Position numbers and translations under genes: made by a program. From Eledone cirrhosa (lineage: Eukaryota), in NCBI GenBank assembly GCA_964016885.1, contig OZ024742.1:73966001-74030000 (forward strand): a stretch of DNA of 64,000 bases, given 5' to 3'. A model generated the notes under the pieces. That model was not told the origin of the DNA. It did no database searches and saw only the letters and a list, made by a program, of their open reading frames with translations. The stretch's first letter is position 1, and each line of letters starts with the position of its first letter. Shown piece by piece: positions 30,801 to 48,800 of this stretch.

Positions 30801-33800
30801 TACCTATATAATACACTGTACATGTAACCCTATATAATACACTGTACCTGTGTACCTATATAATACACTGTACATGTAACCCTATATAATACACTGTACC
30901 TGTGTACCTATATAATACACTGTACATGTAACCCTATATAATACACTGTACATGTAACCCTATATAATACACTGTACCTGTGAACCTATATAATACACTG
31001 TACATGTAACCCTATATAATACACTGTACATGTAACCCTATATAATACACTGTACATGTAACCCTATATAATACACCGTACATGTAACCCTATATAATAC
31101 ACTGTACCTGTGTACCTATATAATACACTGTACATGTAACCCTATATAATACACTGTACCCGTGTACCTATATAATACACTGTACATGTAACCCTATATA
31201 ATACACTGTACATGTAACCCTATATAATACACCGTACATGTAACCCTATATAATACACTGTACCTGTGTACCTATATAATACACTGTACATGTAACCCTA
31301 TATAATACACTGTACCTGTGTACCTATATAATACACTGTGCATGTAACCCTATATAATACACTGTACCTGTGTACCTATATAATACACTGTACATGTAAC
31401 CCTATATAATACACTGTACATGTAACCCTATATAATACACTGTACATGTAACCCTATATAATACACTGTACCTGTGTACCTATATAATACACTGTACATG
31501 TAACCCTATATAATACACTGTACATGTAACCCTATATAAAACACCGTACATGTAACCCTATATAATACACTGTACCTGTGTACCTATATAATACACTGTA
31601 CATGTAATCCTATATAATACACTGTACCTGTGTACCTATATAATACACTGTACATGTAAACCTATATAATACACTGTACCTGTGTACCTATATAATACAC
31701 TGTACATGTAACCCTATATAATACACTGTACATGTAACCCTATATAATACACTGTACATGTAACCCTATATAATGCACTGTACCTGTGTACCTATATAAT
31801 ACACTGTACATGTAACCCTATATAATACACTGTACCTGTGTACCTATATAATACACTGTACATGTAACCCTATATAATACACTGTACATGTAACCCTATA
31901 TAATACACTGTACCTGTGAACCTATATAATACACTGTACATGTAACCCTATATAATACACTGTACATGTAACCCTATATAATACACTGTACATGTAACCC
32001 TATATAATACACTGTACCTGTGTACCTATATAATACACTGTACATGTAACTCTCTATAATACACTGTACATGTAACCCTATATAATACACTGTACCTGTG
32101 TACCTATATAATACACTGTACCTGTGTACCTATATAATACACTGTACCTGTGTACCTATATAATACACTGTACATATAACCCTATATAATACACTGTACC
32201 TGTGTACCTATATAATACACTGTACATGTCACCCTATATAATACACTGTACATGTAACCCTATATAATACACTGTACCTGTGAGCCTATATAATACACTG
32301 TACATGTAACCCTATATAATACACTGTACCTGTAACCCTATATAATACACTGTACATGTAACCCTATATAATACACTGTACCTGTGTACCTATATAATAC
32401 ACTGTACATGTAACCCTATATAATACACTGTACATGTAACCCTATATAATACACTGTACATGTAACCCTATATAATACACTGTACCTGTGTATCTATATA
32501 ATACACTGTACATGTAACCCTATATAATACACTGTACATGTAACCCTATATAATACACTGTACATGTAACCCTATATAATACACTGTACCTGTGTACCTA
32601 TATAATACACTGTACATGTAACCCTATATAATACACTGTACATGTAACCCTATATAATACACTGTACATGTAACCCTATATAATACACTGTACCTGTGTA
32701 CCTATATAATACACTGTACATGTAACCCTATATAATACACTGTACCTGTGTACCTATATAATAAACTTACCTGTGTACCTATATAATACACTGTACCTGT
32801 GTACCTATATAATACATTTACCTGTGTACCTATATAATACACTGTACCTGTGTACCTATATGATACACTGTACATGTAACCCTATATAATACACTGTACC
32901 TGTGTACCTATATAATACACTGTACATATAACCCTATATAATACACTGTACCTGTGTACCTATATAATACACTGTACATGTAACCCTATATAATACACTG
33001 TACATGTAACCCTATATAATACAATATACCTGTGTACCTATAGAATACACTGTACATGTAACCCTATATAATACACTGTACCCGTGTACCTATATAATAC
33101 ACTGTACATGTAACCCTATATAATACACTGTACATGTAACCCTATATAATACACTGTACCCGTGTACCTATATAATACACTGTACATGTAACCCTATATA
33201 ATACACTGTACATGTAACCCTATATAATACACTGTACATGTAACCCTATATAATACACTGTACATGTAACCTGTATAATACACTGTACCTGTGTACCTAT
33301 ATAATACACTGTACATGTAACCCGATATAATACACTGTACATGTAACCCTATATAATACACTGTACATGTAACCCCATATAATACACTGTACATGTAACC
33401 CTATATAATACACTGTACCTGTGTACCTATATAATACACTGTACATGTAACCCTATATAATACACTGTACATGTAACCCTATATAATACACTGTACCTGT
33501 GTACCTATATAATACACTGCACATGTAACCCTATATAATACACTGTACATGTAACCCTATATAATATACTGTAACTCTGTACCTATATAATACATTGTAC
33601 ATGTAACCCTATATAATACACTGTACCTGTGTATCTATATAATACACTGTACATGTAACCCTATATAATACACTGTACATGTAACCCTATATAATACACT
33701 GTACCTGTGTACCTATATAATACACTGTACGTGTAACCCTAAATAATACACTGTACCTGTGTACCTATATAATACACTGTACATGTAACCCTATATAATA

Positions 33801-36800
33801 CACTGTACCTGTGTACCTATATAATACACTGTACATGTAACCCTATATAATACACTGTATATGTAACCCTATATAATACACTGTACATGTAACCCTATAT
33901 AATACACTGTACATGTAACCCTATATAATACACTGTACCTGTGTACCTATATAATACACTGTACATGTAACCCTATATAATACACTGTACATGTAACCCT
34001 ATATAATACACTGTACATGTAACCCTATATAATACACTGTACATGTAACCCTATATAATACACTGTACCTGTGTACCTATATAATACACTGTACATGTAA
34101 CCCTATATAATACACTGTACATGTAACCCTATATAATACACTGTACATGTAACCCTATATAATACACTGTACCTGTGTACCTATATAATACACTGTACAT
34201 GTAACCCTATATAATACACTGTATATGTAACCCTATATAATACACTGTACATGTAACCCTATATAATACACTGTACATGTAACCCTATATAATACACTGT
34301 ACCTGTGTACCTATATAATACACTGTACATGTAACCCTATATAATACACTGTACATGTAACCCTATATAATACACTGTACATGTAACCCTATATAATACA
34401 CTGTACATGTAACCCTATATAATACACTGTACCTGTGTACCTATATAATACACTGTACATGTAACTCTCTATAATACACTGTACATGTAACCCTATATAA
34501 TACACTGTACATGTAACCCTATATAATACACTGTACATGTAACCCTATATAATACACTGTATATGTAACCCTATATAATACACTGTACATGTAACCCTAT
34601 ATAATACACTGTACATGTAACCCTATATAATACACTGTACCTGTGTACCTATATAATACACTGGACATGTAACCCTATATAATACACTGTACATGTAACC
34701 CTATATAATACACTGTACCTGTGTACCTATATAATACACTGTACATGTAACTCTCTATAATACACTGTACATGTAACCCTATATAATACACTGTACATGT
34801 AACCCTATATAATACACTGTACATGTGTACCTATATAATACACTGTACATGTAACCCTATATAATACACTGTACATGTAACCCTATATAATACACTGTAC
34901 CTGTGTACCTATATAATACACTGTACATGTAACCCTATATAATACACTGTACATGTAACCCTATATAATACACTGTACCTGTGTACCTATATAATACACT
35001 GTACATGTAACCCTATATAATACACTGTACATGTAACCCTATATAATACACTGTACCTGTGTACCTATATAATACACTGTACATGTAACCCTATATAATA
35101 CACTGTATATATAACCCTATATAATACACTGTACATGTAACCCTATATAATACACTGTACATGTAACCCTATATAATACACTGTACATGTAACCCTATAT
35201 AATACACTGTACCTGTGTACCTATATAATACACTGTACATGTAACCCTATATAATACACTGTATCTGTGTACCTATATAATACACTGTACATGTAACTCT
35301 CTATAATACACTGTACATGTAACCCTATATAATACACTGTACATGTATCCCTATATAATACACTGTACATGTAACCCTATATAATACACTGTACCTGTGC
35401 ACCTATATAATACACTGTACATGTAACCCTATATAATACACTGTACATGTAACCCTATATAATACACTGTACCTGTGTACCTATATAATACACTGTACAT
35501 GTAACCCTATATAATACACTGTATATGTAACCCTATATAATACACTGTACATGTAACCCTATATAATACACTGTACATGTAACCCTATATAATACACTGT
35601 ACATGTAACCCTATATAATACACTGTATATGTAACCCTATATAATACACTGTACATGTAACCCTATATAATACACTGTACATGTAACCCTATATAATACA
35701 CTGTACCTGTGTACCTATATAATACACTGGACATGTAACCCTATATAATACACTGTACATGTAACCCTATATAATACACTGTACCTGTGTACCTATATAA
35801 TACACTGTACATGTAACTCTCTATAATACACTGTACATGTAACCCTATATAATACACTGTACATGTAACCCTATATAATACACTGTACATGTGTACCTAT
35901 ATAATACACTGTACATGTAACCCTATATAATACACTGTACATGTAACCCTATATAATACACTGTACCTGTGTACCTATATAATACACTGTACATGTAACC
36001 CTATATAATACACTGTACATGTAACCCTATATAATACACTGTACCTGTGTACCTATATAATACACTGTACATGTAACCCTATATAATACACTGTACATGT
36101 AACCCTATATAATACACTGTACCTGTGTACCTATATAATACACTGTACATGTAACCCTATATAATACACTGTATATATAACCCTATATAATACACTGTAC
36201 ATGTAACCCTATATAATACACTGTACATGTAACCCTATATAATACACTGTACATGTAACCCTATATAATACACTGTACCTGTGTACCTATATAATACACT
36301 GTACATGTAACCCTATATAATACACTGTATCTGTGTACCTATATAATACACTGTACATGTAACTCTCTATAATACACTGTACATGTAACCCTATATAATA
36401 CACTGTACATGTATCCCTATATAATACACTGTACATGTAACCCTATATAATACACTGTACCTGTGCACCTATATAATACACTGTACATGTAACCCTATAT
36501 AATACACTGTACATGTAACCCTATATAATACACTGTACCTGTGTACCTATATAATACACTGTACATGTAACCCTATATAATACACTGTATATGTAACCCT
36601 ATATAATACACTGTACATGTAACCCTATATAATACACTGTATATGTAACCCTATATAATACACTGTACATGTAACCCTATATAATACACTGTATATGTAA
36701 CCCTATATAATACACTGTACATGTAACCCTATATAATACACTGTGCATGTAACCCTATATAATACACTGTATATGTAACCCTATATAATACACTGTACCT

Positions 36801-39800
36801 GTGTACCTATATAATACACTGTACATGTAACCCTATATAATACACTGTACCTGTGTACCTATATAATACACTGTACATGTAACCCTATATAATACACTGT
36901 ACATGTAACCCTATATAATACACTCTACCTGTGTATCTATATAATACACTGTACATGTAACCCTATATAATACACTGTACATGTAACCCTATATAATACA
37001 CTGTACATGTAACCCTATATAATACACTGTACCTCTGTACCTATATAATACACTGTACATGTAACCCTATATAATACACTGTACCTGTGTATCTATATAA
37101 TACACTGTACATGTAACCCTATATAATACACTGTACATGTAACCCTATATAATACACTGTACATGTAACCCTATATAATACACTGTATATGTAACCCTAT
37201 ATAATACACTGTACATGTAACCCTATATAATACACTGTACATGTAACCCTATATAATACACTGTACCTGTGTACCTATATAATACACTGGACATGTAACC
37301 CTATATAATACACTGTACATGTAACCCTATATAATACACTGTACCTGTGTACCTATATAATACACTGTACATGTAACTCTCTATAATACACTGTACATGT
37401 AACCCTATATAATACACTGTACATGTAACCCTATATAATACACTGTACATGTGTACCTATATAATACACTGTACATGTAACCCTATATAATACACTGTAC
37501 ATGTAACCCTATATAATACACTGTACCTGTGTACCTATATAATACACTGTACATGTAACCCTATATAATACACTGTACATGTAACCCTATATAATACACT
37601 GTACCTGTGTACCTATATAATACACTGTACATGTAACCCTATATAATACACTGTACATGTAACCCTATATAATACACTGTACCTGTGTACCTATATAATA
37701 CACTGTACATGTAACCCTATATAATACACTGTATATATAACCCTATATAATACACTGTACATGTAACCCTATATAATACACTGTACATGTAACCCTATAT
37801 AATACACTGTACATGTAACCCTATATAATACACTGTACCTGTGTACCTATATAATACACTGTACATGTAACCCTATATAATACACTGTATCTGTGTACCT
37901 ATATAATACACTGTACATGTAACTCTCTATAATACACTGTACATGTAACCCTATATAATACACTGTACATGTATCCCTATATAATACACTGTACATGTAA
38001 CCCTATATAATACACTGTACCTGTGCACCTATATAATACACTGTACATGTAACCCTATATAATACACTGTACATGTAACCCTATATAATACACTGTACCT
38101 GTGTACCTATATAATACACTGTACATGTAACCCTATATAATACACTGTATATGTAACCCTATATAATACACTGTACATGTAACCCTATATAATACACTGT
38201 ATATGTAACCCTATATAATACACTGTACATGTAACCCTATATAATACACTGTATATGTAACCCTATATAATACACTGTACATGTAACCCTATATAATACA
38301 CTGTGCATGTAACCCTATATAATACACTGTATATGTAACCCTATATAATACACTGTACCTGTGTACCTATATAATACACTGTACATGTAACCCTATATAA
38401 TACACTGTACCTGTGTACCTATATAATACACTGTACATGTAACCCTATATAATACACTGTACATGTAACCCTATATAATACACTCTACCTGTGTATCTAT
38501 ATAATACACTGTACATGTAACCCTATATAATACACTGTACATGTAACCCTATATAATACACTGTACATGTAACCCTATATAATACACTGTACCTCTGTAC
38601 CTATATAATACACTGTACATGTAACCCTATATAATACACTGTACCTGTGTATCTATATAATACACTGTACATGTAACCCTATATAATACACTGTACATGT
38701 AACCCTATATAATACACTGTACCTGTGTACCTATATAATACACTGTACATGTAACCCTATATAATACACTGTACCTGTGTACCTATATAATACACTGTAC
38801 ATGTAACCCGATATAATACACTGTACATGTAACCCTATATAATACACTGTACCTGTGTACCTATATAATACACTGTACATGTAACCCGATATAATACACT
38901 GTACATGTAACCCTATATAATACACTGTACATGTAACCCGATATAATACACTGTACATGTAACCCTATATAATACACTGTACCTGTGTACCTATATAATA
39001 CACTGTACATGTAACCCTATATAATACACTGTACCTGTGTATCTATATAATACACTGTACATGTAACCCTATATAATACACTGTACATGTAACCCTATAT
39101 AATACACTGTACCTGTGTACCTATATAATACACTGTACCTGTGTACCTATATAATACACTGTACATGTAACCCTATATAATACACTGTACCTGTGTACCT
39201 ATATAATACACTGTACATGTAACCCGATATAATACACTGTACCTGTGTACCTATATAATACACTGTACCTGTGTACCTATATAATACACTGTACATGTAA
39301 CCCTATATAATACACTGTACCTGTGTACCTATATAATACACTGTACATGTAACCCGATATAATACACTGTACATGTAACCCTATATAATACACTGTACCT
39401 GTGTACCTATATAATACACTGTACATGTAACCCGATATAATACACTGTACATGTAACCCTATATAATACACTGTACCTGTGTACCTATATAATACACTGT
39501 ACATGTAACCCTATATAATACACTGTACATGTAACACTATATAATACGCTGTACATGTAACCCTATATAATACACTGTACCTGTGTACCTATATAATACA
39601 CTGTACATGTAACCCTATATAATACACTGTACCTGTGTACCTATATAATACACTGTACATGTAACCCTATATAATACACTGTACCTGTGTACCTATATAA
39701 TACACTGTACATGTAACCCTATATAATACACTGTACATGTAACCCTATATAATGCACTGTACCTGTGTACCTATATAATACACTGTACATGTAACCCTAT

Positions 39801-42800
39801 ATAATACACTGTATATGTAACCTTATATAATACACTGTACATGTAACCCTATATAATACACTGTACATGTAAACCTATATAATACACTGTACATGTAACC
39901 CTATATAATACACTGTACCTGTGTACCTATATAATACACTGTACATGTAACCCTATATCATACACTGTACATGTAACCCCATATAATACACTGTACCTGT
40001 GTACCTATATAATACACTGTACATGTAACCCTATATAATACACTGTACCTGTGTACCTATATAATACACTGTACATGTAACTCTCTATAATACACTGTAC
40101 ATGTAACCCTATATAATACACTGTACATGTATCCCTATATAATACACTGTACATGTAACCCTATATAATACACTGTACCTGCGTACCTATATAATACACT
40201 GTACATGTAACCCTATATAATACACTGTACATGTAACCCTATATAATACACTGTACATGTAACCCTATATAATACACTGTACCTGTGTCACTATTTAATA
40301 CACTGTACATGTAACTCTATATAATACACTGTACCTGTAACCCGATATAATACACTGTACATGTAACCCTATATAATACACTGTACCTGTGTACCTATAT
40401 AATACACTGTACATGTAACCCTATATAATACACTGTACCTGTGTACCTATATAATACACTGTACATGTAACCCTATATAATACACTGTACCTGTGTCACT
40501 ATATAATACACTGTACCTGTGTACCTATATAATACACTGTACATGTAACCCTATATAATACACTGTACATGTAACCCTATATAATACACTGTACCTGTGT
40601 ACCTATATAATACACTGTACATGTAACCCTATATAATACACTGTACCTGTGTACCTATATAATACACTGTACATGTAACCCTATATAATACACTGTACCT
40701 GTGTCACTATATAATACACTGTACATGTAACTCTATATAATACACTGTACATGTAACCCTATATAATACACTGTACCTGTGCACCTATATAATACACTGT
40801 ACATGTAACCCTATATAATACACTGTACATGTAACCCTATATAATACACTGTACCTGTGTACCTATATAATACACTGTACATGTAACCCTATATAATACA
40901 CTGTACATGTAACCCTATATAATACACTGTACCTGTGTACCTATATAATACACTGTACATGTAACCCTATATAATACACTGTATCTGTGTACCTATATAA
41001 TACACTGTACATGTAACTCTCTATAATACACTGTACATGTAACCCTATATAATACACTGTACATGTATCCCTATATAATACACTGTACATGTAACCCTAT
41101 ATAATACACTGTACCTGTGCACCTATATAATACACTGTACATGTAACCCTATATAATACACTGTACATGTAACCCTATATAATACACTGTACCTGTGTAC
41201 CTATATAATACACTGTACATGTAACCCTATATAATACACTGTATATGTAACCCTATATAATACACTGTACATGTAACCCTATATAATACACTGTATATGT
41301 AACCCTATATAATACACTGTACATGTAACCCTATATAATACACTGTATATGTAACCCTATATAATACACTGTACATGTAACCCTATATAATACACTGTAC
41401 ATGTAACCCTATATAATACACTGTACCTGTGTACCTATATAATACACTGGACATGTAACCCTATATAATACACTGTACATGTAACCCTATATAATACACT
41501 GTACCTGTGTACCTATATAATACACTGTACATGTAACTCTCTATAATACACTGTACATGTAACCCTATATAATACACTGTACATGTAACCCTATATAATA
41601 CACTGTACATGTGTACCTATATAATACACTGTACATGTAACCCTATATAATACACTGTACATGTAACCCTATATAATACACTGTACCTGTGTACCTATAT
41701 AATACACTGTACATGTAACCCTATATAATACACTGTACATGTAACCCTATATAATACACTGTACCTGTGTACCTATATAATACACTGTACATGTAACACT
41801 ATATAATACACTGTACATGTAACCCTATATAATACACTGTACCTGTGTACCTATATAATACACTGTACATGTAACCCTATATAATACACTGTATATATAA
41901 CCCTATATAATACACTGTACATGTAACCCTATATAATACACTGTACATGTAACCCTATATAATACACTGTACATGTAACCCTATATAATACACTGTACCT
42001 GTGTACCTATATAATACACTGTACATGTAACCCTATATAATACACTGTATCTGTGTACCTATATAATACACTGTACATGTAACTCTCTATAATACACTGT
42101 ACGTGTAACCCTATATAATACACTGTACATGTATCCCTATATAATACACTGTACATGTAACCCTATATAATACACTGTACCTGTGCACCTATATAATACA
42201 CTGTACATGTAACCCTATATAATACACTGTACATGTAACCCTATATAATACACTGTACCTGTGTACCTATATAATACACTGTACATGTAACCCTATATAA
42301 TACACTGTATATGTAACCCTATATAATACACTGTACATGTAACCCTATATAATACACTGTACATGTAACCCTATATAATACACTGTACATGTAACCCTAT
42401 ATAATACACTGTATATGTAACCCTATATAATACACTGTACATGTAACCCTATATAATACACTGTACATGTAACCCTATATAATACACTGTACCTGTGTAC
42501 CTATATAATACACTGGACATGTAACCCTATATAATACACTGTACATGTAACCCTATATAATACACTGTACCTGTGTACCTATATAATACACTGTACATGT
42601 AACTCTCTATAATACACTGTACATGTAACCCTATATAATACACTGTACATGTAACCCTATATAATACACTGTACATGTGTACCTATATAATACACTGTAC
42701 ATGTAACCCTATATAATACACTGTACATGTAACCCTATATAATACACTGTACCTGTGTACCTATATAATACACTGTACATGTAACCCTATATAATACACT

Positions 42801-45800
42801 GTACATGTAACCCTATATAATACACTGTACCTGTGTACCTATATAATACACTGTACATGTAACCCTATATAATACACTGTACATGTAACCCTATATAATA
42901 CACTGTACCTGTGTACCTATATAATACACTGTACATGTAACCCTATATAATACACTGTATATATAACCCTATATAATACACTGTACATGTAACCCTATAT
43001 AATACACTGTACATGTAACCCTATATAATACACTGTACATGTAACCCTATATAATACACTGTACCTGTGTACCTATATAATACACTGTACATGTAACCCT
43101 ATATAATACACTGTATCTGTGTACCTATATAATACACTGTACATGTAACTCTCTATAATACACTGTACATGTAACCCTATATAATACACTGTACATGTAT
43201 CCCTATATAATACACTGTACATGTAACCCTATATAATACACTGTACCTGTGCACCTATATAATACACTGTACATGTAACCCTATATAATACACTGTACAT
43301 GTAACCCTATATAATACACTGTACCTGTGTACCTATATAATACACTGTACATGTAACCCTATATAATACACTGTATATGTAACCCTATATAATACACTGT
43401 ACATGTAACCCTATATAATACACTGTATATGTAACCCTATATAATACACTGTACATGTAACCCTATATAATACACTGTATATGTAACCCTATATAATACA
43501 CTGTACATGTAACCCTATATAATACACTGTGCATGTAACCCTATATAATACACTGTATATGTAACCCTATATAATACACTGTACCTGTGTACCTATATAA
43601 TACACTGTACATGTAACCCTATATAATACACTGTACCTGTGTACCTATATAATACACTGTACATGTAACCCTATATAATACACTGTACATGTAACCCTAT
43701 ATAATACACTCTACCTGTGTATCTATATAATACACTGTACATGTAACCCTATATAATACACTGTACATGTAACCCTATATAATACACTGTACATGTAACC
43801 CTATATAATACACTGTACCTCTGTACCTATATAATACACTGTACATGTAACCCTATATAATACACTGTACCTGTGTATCTATATAATACACTGTACATGT
43901 AACCCTATATAATACACTGTACATGTAACCCTATATAATACACTGTACATGTAACCCTATATAATACACTGTATATGTAACCCTATATAATACACTGTAC
44001 ATGTAACCCTATATAATACACTGTACATGTAACCCTATATAATACACTGTACCTGTGTACCTATATAATACACTGGACATGTAACCCTATATAATACACT
44101 GTACATGTAACCCTATATAATACACTGTACCTGTGTACCTATATAATACACTGTACATGTAACTCTCTATAATACACTGTACATGTAACCCTATATAATA
44201 CACTGTACATGTAACCCTATATAATACACTGTACATGTGTACCTATATAATACACTGTACATGTAACCCTATATAATACACTGTACATGTAACCCTATAT
44301 AATACACTGTACCTGTGTACCTATATAATACACTGTACATGTAACCCTATATAATACACTGTACATGTAACCCTATATAATACACTGTACCTGTGTACCT
44401 ATATAATACACTGTACATGTAACCCTATATAATACACTGTACATGTAACCCTATATAATACACTGTACCTGTGTACCTATATAATACACTGTACATGTAA
44501 CCCTATATAATACACTGTATATATAACCCTATATAATACACTGTACATGTAACCCTATATAATACACTGTACATGTAACCCTATATAATACACTGTACAT
44601 GTAACCCTATATAATACACTGTACCTGTGTACCTATATAATACACTGTACATGTAACCCTATATAATACACTGTATCTGTGTACCTATATAATACACTGT
44701 ACATGTAACTCTCTATAATACACTGTACATGTAACCCTATATAATACACTGTACATGTATCCCTATATAATACACTGTACATGTAACCCTATATAATACA
44801 CTGTACCTGTGCACCTATATAATACACTGTACATGTAACCCTATATAATACACTGTACATGTAACCCTATATAATACACTGTACCTGTGTACCTATATAA
44901 TACACTGTACATGTAACCCTATATAATACACTGTATATGTAACCCTATATAATACACTGTACATGTAACCCTATATAATACACTGTATATGTAACCCTAT
45001 ATAATACACTGTACATGTAACCCTATATAATACACTGTATATGTAACCCTATATAATACACTGTACATGTAACCCTATATAATACACTGTGCATGTAACC
45101 CTATATAATACACTGTATATGTAACCCTATATAATACACTGTACCTGTGTACCTATATAATACACTGTACATGTAACCCTATATAATACACTGTACCTGT
45201 GTACCTATATAATACACTGTACATGTAACCCTATATAATACACTGTACATGTAACCCTATATAATACACTCTACCTGTGTATCTATATAATACACTGTAC
45301 ATGTAACCCTATATAATACACTGTACATGTAACCCTATATAATACACTGTACATGTAACCCTATATAATACACTGTACCTCTGTACCTATATAATACACT
45401 GTACATGTAACCCTATATAATACACTGTACCTGTGTATCTATATAATACACTGTACATGTAACCCTATATAATACACTGTACATGTAACCCTATATAATA
45501 CACTGTACCTGTGTACCTATATAATACACTGTACATGTAACCCTATATAATACACTGTACCTGTGTACCTATATAATACACTGTACATGTAACCCGATAT
45601 AATACACTGTACATGTAACCCTATATAATACACTGTACCTGTGTACCTATATAATACACTGTACATGTAACCCGATATAATACACTGTACATGTAACCCT
45701 ATATAATACACTGTACATGTAACCCGATATAATACACTGTACATGTAACCCTATATAATACACTGTACCTGTGTACCTATATAATACACTGTACATGTAA

Positions 45801-48800
45801 CCCTATATAATACACTGTACCTGTGTATCTATATAATACACTGTACATGTAACCCTATATAATACACTGTACATGTAACCCTATATAATACACTGTACCT
45901 GTGTACCTATATAATACACTGTACCTGTGTACCTATATAATACACTGTACATGTAACCCTATATAATACACTGTACCTGTGTACCTATATAATACACTGT
46001 ACATGTAACCCGATATAATACACTGTACCTGTGTACCTATATAATACACTGTACCTGTGTACCTATATAATACACTGTACATGTAACCCTATATAATACA
46101 CTGTACCTGTGTACCTATATAATACACTGTACATGTAACCCGATATAATACACTGTACATGTAACCCTATATAATACACTGTACCTGTGTACCTATATAA
46201 TACACTGTACATGTAACCCGATATAATACACTGTACATGTAACCCTATATAATACACTGTACCTGTGTACCTATATAATACACTGTACATGTAACCCTAT
46301 ATAATACACTGTACATGTAACACTATATAATACGCTGTACATGTAACCCTATATAATACACTGTACCTGTGTACCTATATAATACACTGTACATGTAACC
46401 CTATATAATACACTGTACCTGTGTACCTATATAATACACTGTACATGTAACCCTATATAATACACTGTACCTGTGTACCTATATAATACACTGTACATGT
46501 AACCCTATATAATACACTGTACATGTAACCCTATATAATGCACTGTACCTGTGTACCTATATAATACACTGTACATGTAACCCTATATAATACACTGTAC
46601 ATGTAACCCTATATAATACACTGTACCTGTGTACCTATATAATACACTGTACATGTAACCCTATATAATACACTGTATATGTAACCTTATATAATACACT
46701 GTACATGTAACCCTATATAATACACTGTACATGTAAACCTATATAATACACTGTACATGTAACCCTATATAATACACTGTACCTGTGTACCTATATAATA
46801 CACTGTACATGTAACCCTATATCATACACTGTACATGTAACCCCATATAATACACTGTACCTGTGTACCTATATAATACACTGTACATGTAACCCTATAT
46901 AATACACTGTACCTGTGTACCTATATAATACACTGTACATGTAACTCTCTATAATACACTGTACATGTAACCCTATATAATACACTGTACATGTATCCCT
47001 ATATAATACACTGTACATGTAACCCTATATAATACACTGTACCTGCGTACCTATATAATACACTGTACATGTAACCCTATATAATACACTGTACATGTAA
47101 CCCTATATAATACACTGTACATGTAAACCTATATAATACACTGTACCTGTGTCACTATTTAATACACTGTACATGTAACTCTATATAATACACTGTACCT
47201 GTGTACCTATATAATACACTGTACATGTAACCCTATATAATACACTGTACCTGTGTACCTATATAATACACTGTACATGTAACCCTATATAATACACTGT
47301 ACCTGTGTACCTATATAATACACTGTACATGTAACCCTATATAATACACTGTACCTGTGTCACTATATAATACACTGTACCTGTGTACCTATATAATACA
47401 CTGTACATGTAACCCTATATAATACACTGTACATGTAACCCTATATAATACACTGTACCTGTGTACCTATATAATACACTGTACATGTAACCCTATATAA
47501 TACACTGTACCTGTGTACCTATATAATACACTGTACATGTAACCCTATATAATACACTGTACCTGTGTCACTATATAATACACTGTACATGTAACTCTAT
47601 ATAATACACTGTACATGTAACCCTATATAATACACTGTACCTGTGCACCTATATAATACACTGTACATGTAACCCTATATAATACACTGTACATGTAACC
47701 CTATATAATACACTGTACCTGTGTACCTATATAATACACTGTACATGTAACCCTATATAATACACTGTACATGTAACCCTATATAATACACTGTACCTGT
47801 GTACCTATATAATACACTGTACATGTAACCCTATATAATACACTGTATCTGTGTACCTATATAATACACTGTACATGTAACTCTCTATAATACACTGTAC
47901 ATGTAACCCTATATAATACACTGTACATGTATCCCTATATAATACACTGTACATGTAACCCTATATAATACACTGTACCTGTGCACCAATATAATACACT
48001 GTACATGTAACCCTATATAATACACTGTACATGTAACCCTATATAATACACTGTACCTGTGTACCTATATAATACACTGTACATGTAACCCTATATAATA
48101 CACTGTATATGTAACCCTATATAATACACTGTACATGTAACCCTATATAATACACTGTATATGTAACCCTATATAATACACTGTACATGTAACCCTATAT
48201 AATACACTGTATATGTAACCCTATATAATACACTGTACATGTAACCCTATATAATACACTGTGCATGTAACCCTATATAATACACTGTATATGTAACCCT
48301 ATATAATACACTGTACCTGTGTACCTATATAATACACTGTACATGTAACCCTATATAATACACTGTACCTGTGTACCTATATAATACACTGTACATGTAA
48401 CCCTATATAATACACTGTACATGTAACCCTATATAATACACTCTACCTGTGTATCTATATAATACACTGTACATGTAACCCTATATAATACACTGTACAT
48501 GTAACCCTATATAATACACTGTACATGTAACCCTATATAATACACTGTACCTCTGTACCTATATAATACACTGTACATGTAACCCTATATAATACACTGT
48601 ACCTGTGTATCTATATAATACACTGTACATGTAACCCTATATAATACACTGTACATGTAACCCTATATAATACACTGTACCTGTGCACCTATATAATACA
48701 CTGTACATGTAACCCTATATAATACACTGTACATGTAACCCTATATAATACACTGTACCTGTGTACCTATATAATACACTGTACATGTAACCCTATATAA